Positions 14,290 to 27,140 of a stretch of DNA of 64,000 bases are shown in pieces. The DNA is from Eledone cirrhosa (Eukaryota): positions 341,806,001-341,870,000 of the forward strand of contig OZ024743.1 of the NCBI GenBank assembly GCA_964016885.1. The letters are read 5' to 3'. A program made the translations under genes and the position numbers. Under the pieces are notes generated by a model. The model worked only from the letters and a program-made list of their open reading frames with translations. It had not been told where the DNA came from and did no database searches. The first letter of the stretch is position 1; each line of letters opens with the position of its first letter.

Positions 14290-15735
14290 GTGAGAAACTC
14301 TGAAATGTCATATCAAAAGAACATCATTAACTATATAGCTTGATACCGTGTTTTGGAATCAAAGTTATTTCTTCTTGCCGAGGTATTGTTTTCTTTGGTT
14401 CTACAATACCAGAAATCAGCTTGTTCTCCTCTCACCGCTCTAAATATATTTACATCGTGTTGTCAGGATATGGACTTTGCCAGATGCTGTTTTAGACAAA
14501 TTGTTTATAAACCATTTTTTACACATATCCGGTAGACAGGTTAATGTTTACAACAATATTAATCCGAAATTCATGATGAAAAACAATGTTTTAAAAAGAT
14601 TAATTAATTATTCTCTGAAGTGAAAATCTTTCATACCGGTTGTTAAAGTAATTTCCTTGCAACCAACAATTGACACTTACCCTTTATCAACAAATTCATG
14701 CAGACTTAGCGAAACAATTTTTAAACTCATAACCACTTAGACAACCAATCAATAAAATTAAACAATAAAGCTGATAGTTCATGACGATAAAAATATCCGA
14801 AGAATGGAACAAATAATTTGCAAGCGTAAAAACACATAAAATTGATATTACAGAAAATATTTAGAAATAATGACACAAAACAGAATAAATTTATATATTC
14901 GGAATTGTCTTCAAATTAGCATTGACTAATACAAATTGCATTATCCTAAAACATAGCAATACGTAATAAAATGTTCGTAGTCTATAGAATAATAATAACT
15001 AATACAGCTTAATCCAAAATATTGACTCGAACTAATACAATAGAAACAGCATAGGAAATAGCTTTAACCAATATAATTAATAGCTACATTAATAATATTA
15101 ACATTTTTGAATAATACAATAAATTAATAATTATTTTCGTATCTATTAGATGTTGATTTCAAAGAGACGATATCATTCTGTATGGATACGGTCTCTCAAA
15201 TACACAATATTTAATTCGTCACCTATTATCTTTTCTCGATACAGTACTAGAAAGATATCGTACATTGTAGATTTACACGTCCATAATTAAATGCCTTTGA
15301 TCATATCATTTATCGAACCTGGCTCAAACTAATTCAATGTCAATGGCATTTTCTTCTCGAAATGTACATAAATTTGACTAAGCAAAACAAAATTATCGAA
15401 AAACTCAAAAATATATTACAGAAGAAATCAAAATTATAAACATAATCTTCTAGAAGTATTTAAGATTTCAAAATGTCTAGTGTCCACGAATAAATGAATA
15501 TCCAAATAGGAAATTATTTACACATGTAATCTATTTAGTCTCTCTTTCGAAAATAAACAGAATATACCACATTTAACTTTTACATTAGAATATAATCACT
15601 TTTGCATTTTCAAAATGATATATGGCAGGGATAGTAATATTGTAATTCTTTCATTTATACTAAAAAAGCATTGTGAAAGATTCTTTCAATTGATAACATC
15701 AAAAGGAGCATTTATTTTTCCTTTCTCTTCACTAG

Positions 15736-15802
15736 GACATACATCGCCATATTGAAGAAGACACGAAATAAATCAGCATTCAGATATAATGCAGGGAAAT
15801 AA
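15736..15802 (+). CDS. Putative terminal coding exon (R/TYIAILKKTRNKSAFRYNAGK*)
   Basis: Strong acceptor tttttcctttctcttcactag; continues the frame of 14249-14289 to a TAA. Confidence 0.45.
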
Positions 15803-16129
15803 ATCAAAACTAGATAATCACATATGTTCTCCAAGAAGGAAAGGCTGCAAGTCATGTATCGTGGTACATAATTTATAGCTTGCTGCTGTTCAAGTAAGTT
15901 TATACATTCAGATCTAAACAATGTTTAGAAAGTTATTCAAAGATACGACATATTCCAAAAGAAAAGAGTAACAGTATAGATTATTTTTATCAATATAATA
16001 TCGTCTAGTATTGACAGTATCTTATAACATTTAATATTGTATACTAAGAAATGCTAATATATTTTGCAACAAGAAATATAGAAACACTAACTACAAATAA
16101 CTAGTTTAACATTAACTTTAATGCAAACG

Positions 16130-18140
16130 GATTTCGGCTAGCCTCACCGCTCTCAGGAAGAAAGAGGGTGACATACGCCCCATCGCCATGGGCAATGTAT
16201 TCCGGAGGCTGGCTGCCAAGGTGGTCTGCAGGTCCATAACACCCGAACTGGGTGAGGAGTTCAGTCCGGTACAAATGGGTGTCGGCGTGTCCGGTGGCTG
16301 TGAGGAGGCCGCACATGCAACCAGGCAGTTCTTCAACAGCTGCCCACCAGAACCGGCATCCAAGGACTCCAGGCACCTCATTGTCAAGCTTGACATGAAG
16401 AATGCCTTCAACTGCTTACGCCGGGATCATCTGCTCGAAGCCTGCCTCTGCCGAGCCCCCTCTGCCTACCTGTCGTATGGAGTCCCGAGCATGCTCCTTA
16501 CTGCTGATACGGTCATACATTCGGCCACTGGGGGTCCAACAGAATGACCCTTTAGGACCCCTCCCGTTTGACCTTGGTATAGACCACATCACCCGGAGTA
16601 TCACGCCCTCACTCAGTGTTTGGTATCTGGATGATGCTACGTTGGGCGGGCTCGTACAGACTGTCTGCCATGACCTACAATCCGTCGTTCCTTACCTGGC
16701 AGGAATCGGCCTCCAGGTCAACTCGGCCAAGTCGGAGGAGGTGAATGTCAGCCACGATGCTGAGAGCTTTCCATCATTCGTCTCGGACGTCCGGTCCATT
16801 CTCCACCAGGTATAGGTGACACCCAAAGTGGATGTCCTCATCCTCGGGTCACCGATCCACCCACCGGCCATCCGCTCCACCATCAGGTCCAGGCTTCAAC
16901 AAATCCAGACTCTCATGAGCCGGCTGGGCTTGATCGACGGCCACCCAGTCCTCTTTCTGTTGAGGAACTGCTTCGCCATTTCGAAGCTCCTCTAAAACAT
17001 TCACAGTGCTCCGTGCTACACTCACACATCTCTCCTGGCTGCCCTCGATATTTGTATTCAAGAAGCAGGCGAGGAGATATGCAACGTCAAGTTTGACGAC
17101 ATTGGATGGCAAAAGGCCCCTTTACTTGTCAGGTATGGCGGCCTTGGCTTCCGCTCCCCGATCTCACTGGCTTTGCCGGCGTATATTTCGTCGGTAACAT
17201 CGTTCCGCGTCCTCGTCAGCAGGGTCCTTCTAAACACAATAGAACCCTCTGTGTTCAGAGAACGTGAGGCCGCCTGTGAGACGTGGGACAGTGTGGGACT
17301 CAGCCCAGTAGACGTCCCTCCTCCTTCTCCCCCTGTTGACGTCAAGTTCCCCCAAAGCACTTGGGATGCCATCCAGTGCAGCTTGTCCTCAGACAGGCGC
17401 ACACGCCAGTTCGACCAGCACCTCCATGCTTGTTTTTGTGCGGCCTCGAAACCCCACAGTGGTACCTGGCTCCATGCCCTGCCCTCCTTCTCCACTGGCA
17501 CGCAGCTAGACAATAATAGCCTGCGCATTGGCGTTTCCTTGAGGCTCACCCTCCGGATATGCGAGCCACACCAATGTCGCTGCGGATCCACCGTGAACGC
17601 TTCCGGCCTCCACCCGCTTTTCTGTCGCCACAGTGCCGGCCGCATTCCATGACATGCTGCCCTCAACGAGGTCATAAAGCATTGCTTGGACACTGCAGGC
17701 TTCCCTTCCCAGCTCGAGCCGGTGGGACTGGACCGAGGGGACGGCAAAAGGCCAGATGGCATGACCATCTTCCCGTTCCGCGGTGGCAAACCCCTCGTCT
17801 AGGATGCCACTTGCACCAACACTTTATGCAGCCGCAACCTGGTGCAGTCTGCGATTAACCCGGGTTCTGCTGCACGTCGGGCTGGGGAGGCTAAACTCCT
17901 CAAATACCGGTCGATCTCCGACAGGTTTGCGGTTGTACCCCTAGCTGTGGAGACTTCTGGTGTCCTTGGCCCTAGGGCTACCTCCCTACTCACCACCATA
18001 GGCGCTGAGCTGGCCAGCCGCAGGTATGAGCCCTGTGAGTTGGAGTGGCTTTTCCACCGCGTCTCCCTTGCTGTCCTCCGGGGAAACGCCTTCTCCATTA
18101 AGACCGCCGGGGCTGTGTGTATGGTGGGAGGGGGGGGGGG
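16130..18140 (+). mobile_element. CRE-clade non-LTR retrotransposon (RT + restriction-like endonuclease), 5'-truncated, decayed
   Basis: IRPIAMGNVFRRL, QMGVGVSGGCE, KLDMKNAFN, GVQQNDPLGP, WYLDDATL, CRCG..GLHPLFC, RPDGMT, PLAVETSGVLG; visibly GC-rich. Confidence 0.88.
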
Positions 18141-18427
18141 AGCATATCGTATCATTCCATATTTAATTATGGTCGGTATGTGTATGTTTATATATATTAC
18201 TTTTATTTTCATTCGTAATTTAATCAACTTGTAACTGAAATTAGGTTAATGTGGAAATATTTGATGGTCATTGGAGTAGAAGAAACAAATATCTGGTAAG
18301 AGATACATATAAATATGTATATATATATATATCTTCCTGCTATATCAAGCGTTAACCTAATATATACCCTCCATATACTGTACCGATTGTGTTGTTATTT
18401 CTGTTTACCTTTTACATACACACACAT

Positions 18428-18500
<73 letters not shown>

Positions 18501-18507
<7 letters not shown>

Positions 18508-18760
18508 ATACTTGGGGAGAGTCATATTTGTGTAATATTGCCAGAATTAATAACAGAACACACTCACTGTTTGGTTGGTTTTCGCTTTTCGCTTCTGTGT
18601 CTTTTATATCGGTAATCTAATTTATTCGGTCCTCAATGTTGCCATTGACTGACCAACGGTCAAAAATAATACAGATACAATATAGACACAAACACATATA
18701 TATAGTTTATCAAAGTTCTTTCGTTGCACATCTGCAACATCGTCAGTGGTGCTATTGTTT
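18501..18760 (-). mobile_element. Solo pseudo-LTR related to PLE-3, with a hammerhead at 18709-18750
   Basis: acca-CTGACGA-t-gttgca gatg tgcaac-GAAA-gaac-TT-tgat. The terminus ..ccaagtataacaata matches the PLE-3 arm end and 44011-44227. Confidence 0.7.
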
Positions 18761-18763
18761 CCT

Positions 18764-18896
<133 letters not shown>

Positions 18897-20501
18897 TGTA
18901 TGTATGTATGTATGTATGTATGTATGTATGTACGTATGTATGTTTGTTTGTAGGTATATATGTCAGGTGACCAGTTGGTGCTACTGTTAACGTGTATCCC
19001 AGTACAACCCCACCAAGGTTTCTTGGTGAGGAGAGTGATTTTGGACATCCTGCAGGACAAAAAACAAAACCTGTCAAAGGGCAAAGGAGCTTTTAAGAGT
19101 CAATGGCCATCCAAAATCACCGGGCGAGATGACCCCTTAGCCTGTGTCAAGGCAGAATTCTAGGAGAAGGAAAACTCTGATATAACACCTGCAACCCTGA
19201 TGGTATCCAATTATGTTGACTTGTTCTTCTTTCTAATAAATATCATCTTGGTTAAGAGAGTGGGACTGGTTTTGTGCAGTGCCTTTGCTCACTATAAAAG
19301 CTTCATGGCACAGGCATTGCTTTATATCTGGAGATCTCTCTGCACTTGTCGTCACATGGTACCATAGGCCCAGCACTATGTGTCAATATTTGTCACAAGT
19401 GTAGTGTTTGTGCAGCGCATCGGTAGGGGTTCTCCTACATGGATATAAAGTAGTGGCCGTACACGAAAACGAGTTGGCAGCCACCATGTATGTATGTATG
19501 TGTGCATGTGTGCGTGTGTGTGTACGTGTGTGTGTTTGTAAAAAACAGTAAAATCTGTTTCATGGTCGGTGGTCGGTGATTAAACTGGCTCCCCAACCAG
19601 ACCTTTATGGAAACCCAGCAGCAGAGAAACAAGAGTGGTCAAAGGGCGGATGTAAACCAGAGAGTCAACGGCCATCCACTCCAACTATGGATTAAATAGC
19701 TTCACCAACCTGCGAAGTGTGGTGTCTACAACTACACCCCCTGGAGAGATTAAACTCTGACACTAACGCATACGCCCTGTTACTGTAACTGTTACCTCGT
19801 AACTCTCCTGTTATCTTGTCTTGTTTTGTCACTAGACACATATATGTGGGGAAGGAGTGGGTGTTATATGTGTAGCACTAGCACGTAGCATTACCATCTT
19901 TATGTGCATATATTTCTTTACAAGACCCACAGTGGTGGAGCAGTGGCAACGTGTGCAGACCCTACCTATTAGAAGCACTGTTAACCTGAACAGCAACATG
20001 CTTCGGTTGACTCTTGAGCATTTGAGCAGCCCTATTTGGGGATGCACTGCTCATTCATCCCACATACAATGTGTCTAGAAAAGATGACTTAAACAAAGCT
20101 CATTCAATCATCGCACTAGCCAGCAGCCTGCAGTGGGCGGTAGATCATAATAGTAGGGAATTCGTTGAAGAGACGGCCGCCTTCTGTAAAAATGTGGCAG
20201 TTATCATATCATATCATATTTATATATATATGTGTGTGTGTGTGTGCGATACAAATACAATTATGAAATAAGTTTGGTTAGTTGGAGGCTCTAAAATGCA
20301 TGTAAGGTAAAAGTGCCAAGGTAATAAGAATTTGAGGAAATAGATAGAGAGAAAAAAGAACTGTGATAAAAGAGTGAGAACGATAAAAAGTTAATGTAGA
20401 AATGTTAATGGTCCCAAATATTTTCAGATTTTCCATCCATTATCAAGTGGAGTCCGTAGGAGATGACTTCAGAGAAAAACCTGAGAAATGTTGTGGGTGG
20501 C

Positions 20502-20565
<64 letters not shown>

Positions 20566-20664
20566 CAAGGCATAAATTGAGTTAGAAACTCAAAATAGTC
20601 TCATTTCAGTAAATGTTGAACACATATATGTAAATGCCTGTGTTCGTTTTTCTTTTTTGTTCGG

Positions 20665-20824
<160 letters not shown>

Positions 20825-21018
20825 CCCAGTGTGAGAGAGTAACGGGTAGATAGATATAAAGATATATGGTATAGTTTGACAGGTGTAATAATAGGAGTGA
20901 TAAAACTGTTAGGATTATCCTTGCAATCACAAGATAACTCATCCAGACAATAACATTATGAAACAACAAGCAATAGAGATCATCCCAATTGTAAGCGCTT
21001 ATCCAAATTTTTGTAAAT

Positions 21019-21130
21019 AATTGTTTCTACTTTTGGCACAAGACCAGCAATAACCCAGTGCATTACTGGTACTTATTTTATCGACCCCGTAAGGATGAAA
21101 GGCAAAGTTAACCTCGGCGGGATTTTAACT
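21019..21130 (-). mobile_element. tRNA-derived SINE, partial
   Basis: Reverse complement of the SINE core. Confidence 0.8.
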
Positions 21131-21149
21131 CAATTTTGGTAAATAATGC

Positions 21150-21480
21150 TAATCTGTTACATGTAAATTTTGTTTTACAAATGTGGTATCTTGAGACAGC
21201 AATGGGCATATTGCGATCTTGTTCGATTTCCACAGAAAACTGCATTGATTTCAGTTACTAAGACGATGAAATTATCAGGGCATATGAAAGATAAGGTGAA
21301 AGTAGTGATGCAAATTATTAATATTAACAAAAGGACCCGGAATAGAAACTTAGAGGAACATGCATTTTTAATATACATGTATTTGTGTTTGTGAATGATA
21401 GATCTATGACATTTAATAAAGTTATATGCAAAGAACCGTAATGTTCTGCCATTCTGCTACGTCTGTCATTTTATCGCCCT
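21150..21480 (-). pseudogene. Highly decayed LINE (CR1/L2-like) RT remnant
   Basis: Minus frame VP*VSIPGPFVNINNL resembles VPQGSILGP..INDL. Confidence 0.35.
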
Positions 21481-21899
21481 TAGATTATACAGATATTGAT
21501 TTCTCATACTTGATCAAGTGTGAATAGTCGATTTCATCGATATTTATTTTCTTGTTTTCAGGGGAAAGACAACTTCTATTATGCTGAGATTTCACTTCAG
21601 AATGTACAAAGTCGAAGCTGAATGCCATAATTCTACTAATTCAAATAAATAAGATATCACCCGTTTGCTATCCGTCGTACATATCAACATTTAGATGAAA
21701 TTATGTCGTGTTTTAGAGGTATAAGAGTACGTTATACTGGATACATATCTCCGTCCATTCTTTTTGATACAGGGCTGATCAGTTCTTTGAGGATATTTGC
21801 ATGAATTTGCAAAAGACGCATAGGACATGGCAGAAGAGCTTTATTTCAGAAATCGGCATTAATATATTTGAGACTTTACCTGATGCATATTTTCAATGA

Positions 21900-22860
21900 A
21901 TCCACCGTTAGCATCGATGGCTACTTTAATATGAGGTCTAAAACGTTTACATGCCCGAATCAGATGATCTTTCTCTATTTTAGACAGGCTAGTTATAGCG
22001 GATTGTAGAGATGTTATAGTATTATAGGTGTGTTAATTCATTTCCCTGTTTACTTCATTACATTTGTAGTAGACCAACGGGTTCATGTCTGAAGAGCTGG
22101 GAGGCCAAATGTCTAGGGTGATGTGATAGCAACTGATCTATTCTTGGGTCATTTAGGCCATATAAGACGGAGTAGAGTATTGTTGGTAGATGTACGGTCT
22201 TTCTTTGTCCACCTTCTGTATTCAATGCCTCACAGCTATCTCCAACATATCCTTATCGTCAGGGGCACTGCACCTTCAGCTCTATAGAAGAAGTAAGAGG
22301 GCATGGCATCCCGTCGCTGTTCAGAACTCCTAGAACCTTAACAATTGCCGGTAACCCTGTATGACTTTTGGAATATCTTTAGGACTTCTGCATAACCATC
22401 TGTCAGCGTTTTTGTTCTCAGAGATACACAAATTATTTCAGGCCCTTCGTGTACCAGCTTGGTCAAGATGAGCTGTGCACAGATTACATTGTTAAATTTT
22501 CTCTTTCAGACACTATTCGACATTTCCACATCAATTATGTCTTTTATCGAAAGTTATCAGGCAAAATTCAACGTAGAGTGTGAAATCTTGAGCTCCTTAA
22601 CAATTGTCTTCTCAATATTTTTCTCCACCTTTCCTACAAATGTGAGTGTTTAGGTGGTATTTGGCTTCTCAGAAGGGGATTTAAATTTGGTTACAGCTGT
22701 AAAATCCCCGGCAACGGTTACCAGGCCTTTACAATTTTTCATTTGCTGAGTTGGGTTGATGTCTGTCGTCATTTATGTGAAAAGAAATGGTAACAAGAAC
22801 AAATTAGAAAATCGTTAGTGCTATTAAAATCCGTTTCCTCAAAGAACTGGTCAAATCTGT
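21900..22860 (-). mobile_element. Tc1/mariner-superfamily transposase relic
   Basis: Minus-strand IWPPSSSDMNPLVYY (cf. WPPSSPDLNPLDY) and YIYQQYSTPSY (cf. QQDSAPAH); many stops. Confidence 0.7.
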
Positions 22861-23325
22861 ATTAAGATGTGATTCGGTGGATACTTGTTGCAGTTCTATT
22901 AAGTAGAATAACAACATAAGTTTTCTTTCTTTGGATTACAATTATTTAAAAATGAACAAATGGTTCTAAAATTAACTTTGTTATCATAAAGCTCCAGTTC
23001 GATCCCCATGACATCATGTGCAAATATCATTTGTTATAGTTGCGGATCCATCCATGCTTCTTGACGGAATTTCGGCAAATGGAAGCTGTTTAGAAGCCCC
23101 TCGGGTCGACTGTACCTATAATTTAAAGCGCCAGCTTTACCACTCATTCTGTTACATGGAATCACCTCGAGAATTAGGGTACATGTGTAAATTGAATGCT
23201 TTGCTACTTACACGTTTATTTTATGAGTTGACCTCATCGTTGTTCGAGCAACTGAAACATTCATTGTTTGAAACTGAGATAGGCCATTATCTAGTTAAAT
23301 AATGTATTGTTATTATTTTGTTCCA

Positions 23326-23548
23326 GGGCGGTGGATTGGCAGAAACGGTAGAGGGTCGGGCAACATGCTTTGCAGCGTGGAGTTATGGCCTTTTTACGGT
23401 CTCAGTTCAAATCGCACCGAGGTTAACTTTGCCTTTCATCCTTACGGGGTCGATAAAGCAAAGCACCAGTCCCGCACTGGGGTCGATTTAATCGACTTTC
23501 CCCACCCCAAACATTGCTGGCCTTGTGCTTATATAAGAAAGCATTATT
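23326..23548 (+). mobile_element. tRNA-derived SINE, full length
   Basis: ggcggtggattggcag start, B-box, core, ggggtcgatttaatcgact tail. Confidence 0.85.
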
Positions 23549-24689
23549 ATTGTCCCATGTTAGTTATGATTGAATAAGCTAATTACCAAAGCATCTAAGC
23601 CGTGTTTGGAGTGTTTTTCTTTATGTCATAACTGATAGAAGACTACATAATCCAGTTTTCAGACATCTCCATCCATTTTTAGGAAAGTAACAAGCTATGT
23701 AACACCATCAACGATGGACCCCATTTGCTCATAATACAGAGAGATGACGAGGGCGAGAGAGATGCAGGCGAGGGCAGTGGGAGTTCGGCTCTTCCGTGTT
23801 CGGACCCGGTGTGCAGCGTCAGTTGTCCGTAGGGAGGGAGTGGTTTGTACTTATCAAAGGTTTTTAGAACCTTGTTTTTGCGATTCCCGTATGTTTTATT
23901 GTCCAACAGGGAAATATAAGCTTAGATGTTGAAGGAATAATTTTCCATTTCTTTTCTTCCCTTTGGTTTCGAATCAAAGATTGACATGGAGAAGCATCCA
24001 TCTTGTAAATGTTCACTCTTCTCGTCATCCCAGCAAACTATTCTATCTTACGAGTACATGGCTGGTTGCTAACTACTTATAATTAAAGTAATGATTTAAA
24101 CGAGTTTACAGTTTCATTAACATCGAATATTGTAAAATACACTTTCTAGATGCATAGAACAATGGAATAGAACTTGAGAGCACGTGATTGCTAAGTAAAC
24201 TTTAAAAATATGTCGATTCATTGGACCTTGTGAATTGGAGATAAGTCTTCTCATCAAATTTTTTAAACATTTTCCAATTAACGGGGTCTTTCATATAATA
24301 GTAGCTATTTCAATGTTTTCTTTCTTTAAATTAACCTACCACTAAAACTTCATAGCACAAAATGTTTGTAGAATTATGTTCCAAACACGGGCTTAATATG
24401 CCAATAAATTGAAATTGTATATGATTTTGTTTTAAAAAGCACTACAGATTCGTTTGAAGATTAATTGCAATATAAGCAGTGGATTTCGTTTGCAATCTGA
24501 GCATTATCGAAATTATGTTCGACTACTTTATTGATATGGAATTTTAGAATCTAATAACATAAACAGATACTAGATGTAATGAATAGTTGCTGCTTCTATG
24601 ATTTATGAAATATTTAGTAGAGTGAAACGCTTTACACAAATTTTTTATCTAAAAACAATGAACAAAAATATATCATGTATAAATAACAG

Positions 24690-25315
24690 TCTCTGATAAT
24701 AAGGCGAACACTTTTTGGGGAGATAGAAAAGTCGATTAAATCAACCGAAGTTCGTTACTAGAACTTTATTTTTTCGACCATGTAAGGATGAGAGGTAAAG
24801 TTAACGGTGTCAAGATTTGAACTCAGAACGTAAAGGGACGTAAGTCAGAAAGGAAGCTGTCCGATGCTCTACTGACACTGCCAATCAACCACACTAATAT
24901 CATGTATAAATAAAGGTTTCTGATTTAGGCACAAGGCCAATAATTTTTGTGGGGAGAGAAAAGTCAATTAAATCGACCCAAGTACTTGGCTGGTACTTTA
25001 TTTTATCGACCTTGTAAGAAAGAAAGGCAAAGCAAACTTCAGCAAGTTGTGAACTCAGAACGTAAAGGGCAGTAACTATATACTGCAAGCACGTTGTCCG
25101 AGACAGTACCGTTACTGCCAATCCACACCTCCAATCCTATATAAATAATGGTTTCAGATTTAGGCACAAGTGCGTGCCTGATACTTGATTTTATCGACCC
25201 CTTAAGGATGAAAGGCAAACCTAACCTCGACGGGATTTGAACTCTGACGCAAAGGGTCGTAACTCTATGCCACGAAGCACAGTGTCCGCGCTCTACCTGT
25301 ACTGCCAATCCACCG
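24690..25315 (-). mobile_element. Cluster of three SINE copies (24690-24893, 24914-25130, 25147-25315)
   Basis: Reverse complements of the SINE consensus. Confidence 0.8.
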
Positions 25316-25354
25316 GGAAATTTTGGATTCAAAATATTTTGAAATGTTGTCATT

Positions 25355-25500
25355 AGGCGCAGGTATGGCTGTGTGGTTAAACGGTTCACTTCATAATTAA
25401 TTGGGTTGAGTTCCGTCGCGCTGCATATGACTTTTACTGTAGCTTCAGATTGTTCAATATCTTATGAGTGGATTCTAATTGACAGAATATGTCTCTATAT
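25355..25500 (+). mobile_element. Second SINE family (ggcgcaggtatggctgtgtggtt...), decayed; relatives near 46045-46185 and 59365-59480
   Basis: Shared tRNA-like head and downstream sequence among the copies. Confidence 0.55.
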
Positions 25501-26196
25501 ACCGTATTTCCCGGCGTCAAAGATGCTACTTTCTTCCTAAAATAAGTCTCAAAAATCTACCATGCATCCTGGAGGCCGAAGGTTGTTTATTATTTTTTTT
25601 CAACTTTTTATTGTCAAAATTAAGGGTTGACGACAAGGTCAACAAATATGTAGCAGACATGAAAATGTAAGTCTTGGGTCGATATAATTGACTAATTCAA
25701 GGTGGTGCCCCAGCAAGACCGCAGTTTACAAACAGAAACATGTAAAAGAGTAAACAAAGAATTAGAATAAAATAACACATTATTTATTTAAATTCTATTA
25801 ATAAGTGAGCGAATATAGAAATTCAAAATATGTTTACTTTATTTAAATTTTAGTCTGTGGATGTGAAAAGAGAAAATAACAGCCAAGTTATACAAAGTAA
25901 TAATTACGTTTATTTAAAACATGTTAATGTAGTAGTAACGTTTTTATTCTTGTTTAGATAACACCGTGTCGAACAGATATATGATCAACGGTGTTACAGC
26001 TTTCATCATTCTGTCTATTATCTAGGCTCAACGTACCCATGCCAATATTATCGCATGTGTCCTTCTTTTTAAGACAGTGGGTCGTTATTTCAAGCAGTTT
26101 CAACAGTCATGTAGAGGATTTTTCAAAGGTTGAACCGCTTTATTCATAATTGAATTTTTGGATAGCAAGCACAAAAAAAATGAATGTTTACATATA

Positions 26197-26411
26197 ATGG
26201 TTTCTTATATAGGCACAAGGCCAGCGATTTGGGGAAGAGAAAGTCGATTAAATCGACCCCAGTGCGGGATTGGTACTTTATTTTATCGACCTTGTAAGGA
26301 TGAAAGGCAAAGTTAATCTCGATGGGATTTGAACTCAGATCATAAAGGGTCGTAACTCTATGCTGCAAAGCATGGCGTCCGACTTTATACCGATACTGCC
26401 AATCCACCGCC
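26197..26411 (-). mobile_element. tRNA-derived SINE, full length
   Basis: Reverse complement of the SINE consensus. Confidence 0.85.
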
Positions 26412-26714
26412 ATAATGTTTACATATAAGGAAGAGAATATAATAATTATGGAGCTTAACTGGTTATATAGAAGGTATAACATCAAATAACTTCAGAATCC
26501 AATTCAAATAATATTTTTCCTCAAATACTTATCTGTACAGAGACCACACAGGATTTAGCCGAAGCTAAACACACATTTATATTTGCAAAAAGTTCTTTTG
26601 AAATGTTGACATATATAAATGTCCATGCGATTTACATATAATTTGCAGCTTCAGTTTCTGTACAGATAGGGATTTATAGTATATTTCCTCAGCTTAATAC
26701 ATAATATTCTCTTT

Positions 26715-27140
26715 CTTTTACCTATACCATGACGAAGTTGCTCCTCCAGCTTATTCTGTCCATCTGAGGTTCCTTTGCCTCCAACCCAGTGTCTTCTTCA
26801 AGAATATCCTTCAGTGTAATGTTTTGTCTCCCAACTCGTTTGCATACATTTAGATCCCAGAGAAATAACTCTGCCAGCAGGTTCATAGTGACGTTTCACA
26901 TGTCTAGCTAATGCGAGCCTCAATCACCTTATGATGTCAGATGTGAACCATAGAGCGATTTATTTGCTACCTGTATTTTCTAGGAAAAGCTTTGAACATT
27001 TCTCAACATTCGCCTGTATGTGCCATTGATCTACTTTGTATGTTTTAATGTCCATGTTTCCTTCTGTTGAGTGCAATTGACTCAACCGTTGCTTTAAATA
27101 GTTTCATTTAGCTGTTTTCTTTATCGGAAATACCCACACC
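26715..27140 (-). pseudogene. RTE-like LINE 3'-end remnant
   Basis: LFKATVESI, ETWTLKHTK*INGTYRRMLRN, LRLALARHVKRHYEPA. Confidence 0.65.

Noticed and set aside
19000-19740. Possible LINE 5' UTR with an HDV-like ribozyme
   Set aside because: It looks repeat-derived, but I could not build the nested double pseudoknot or find an adjacent ORF.
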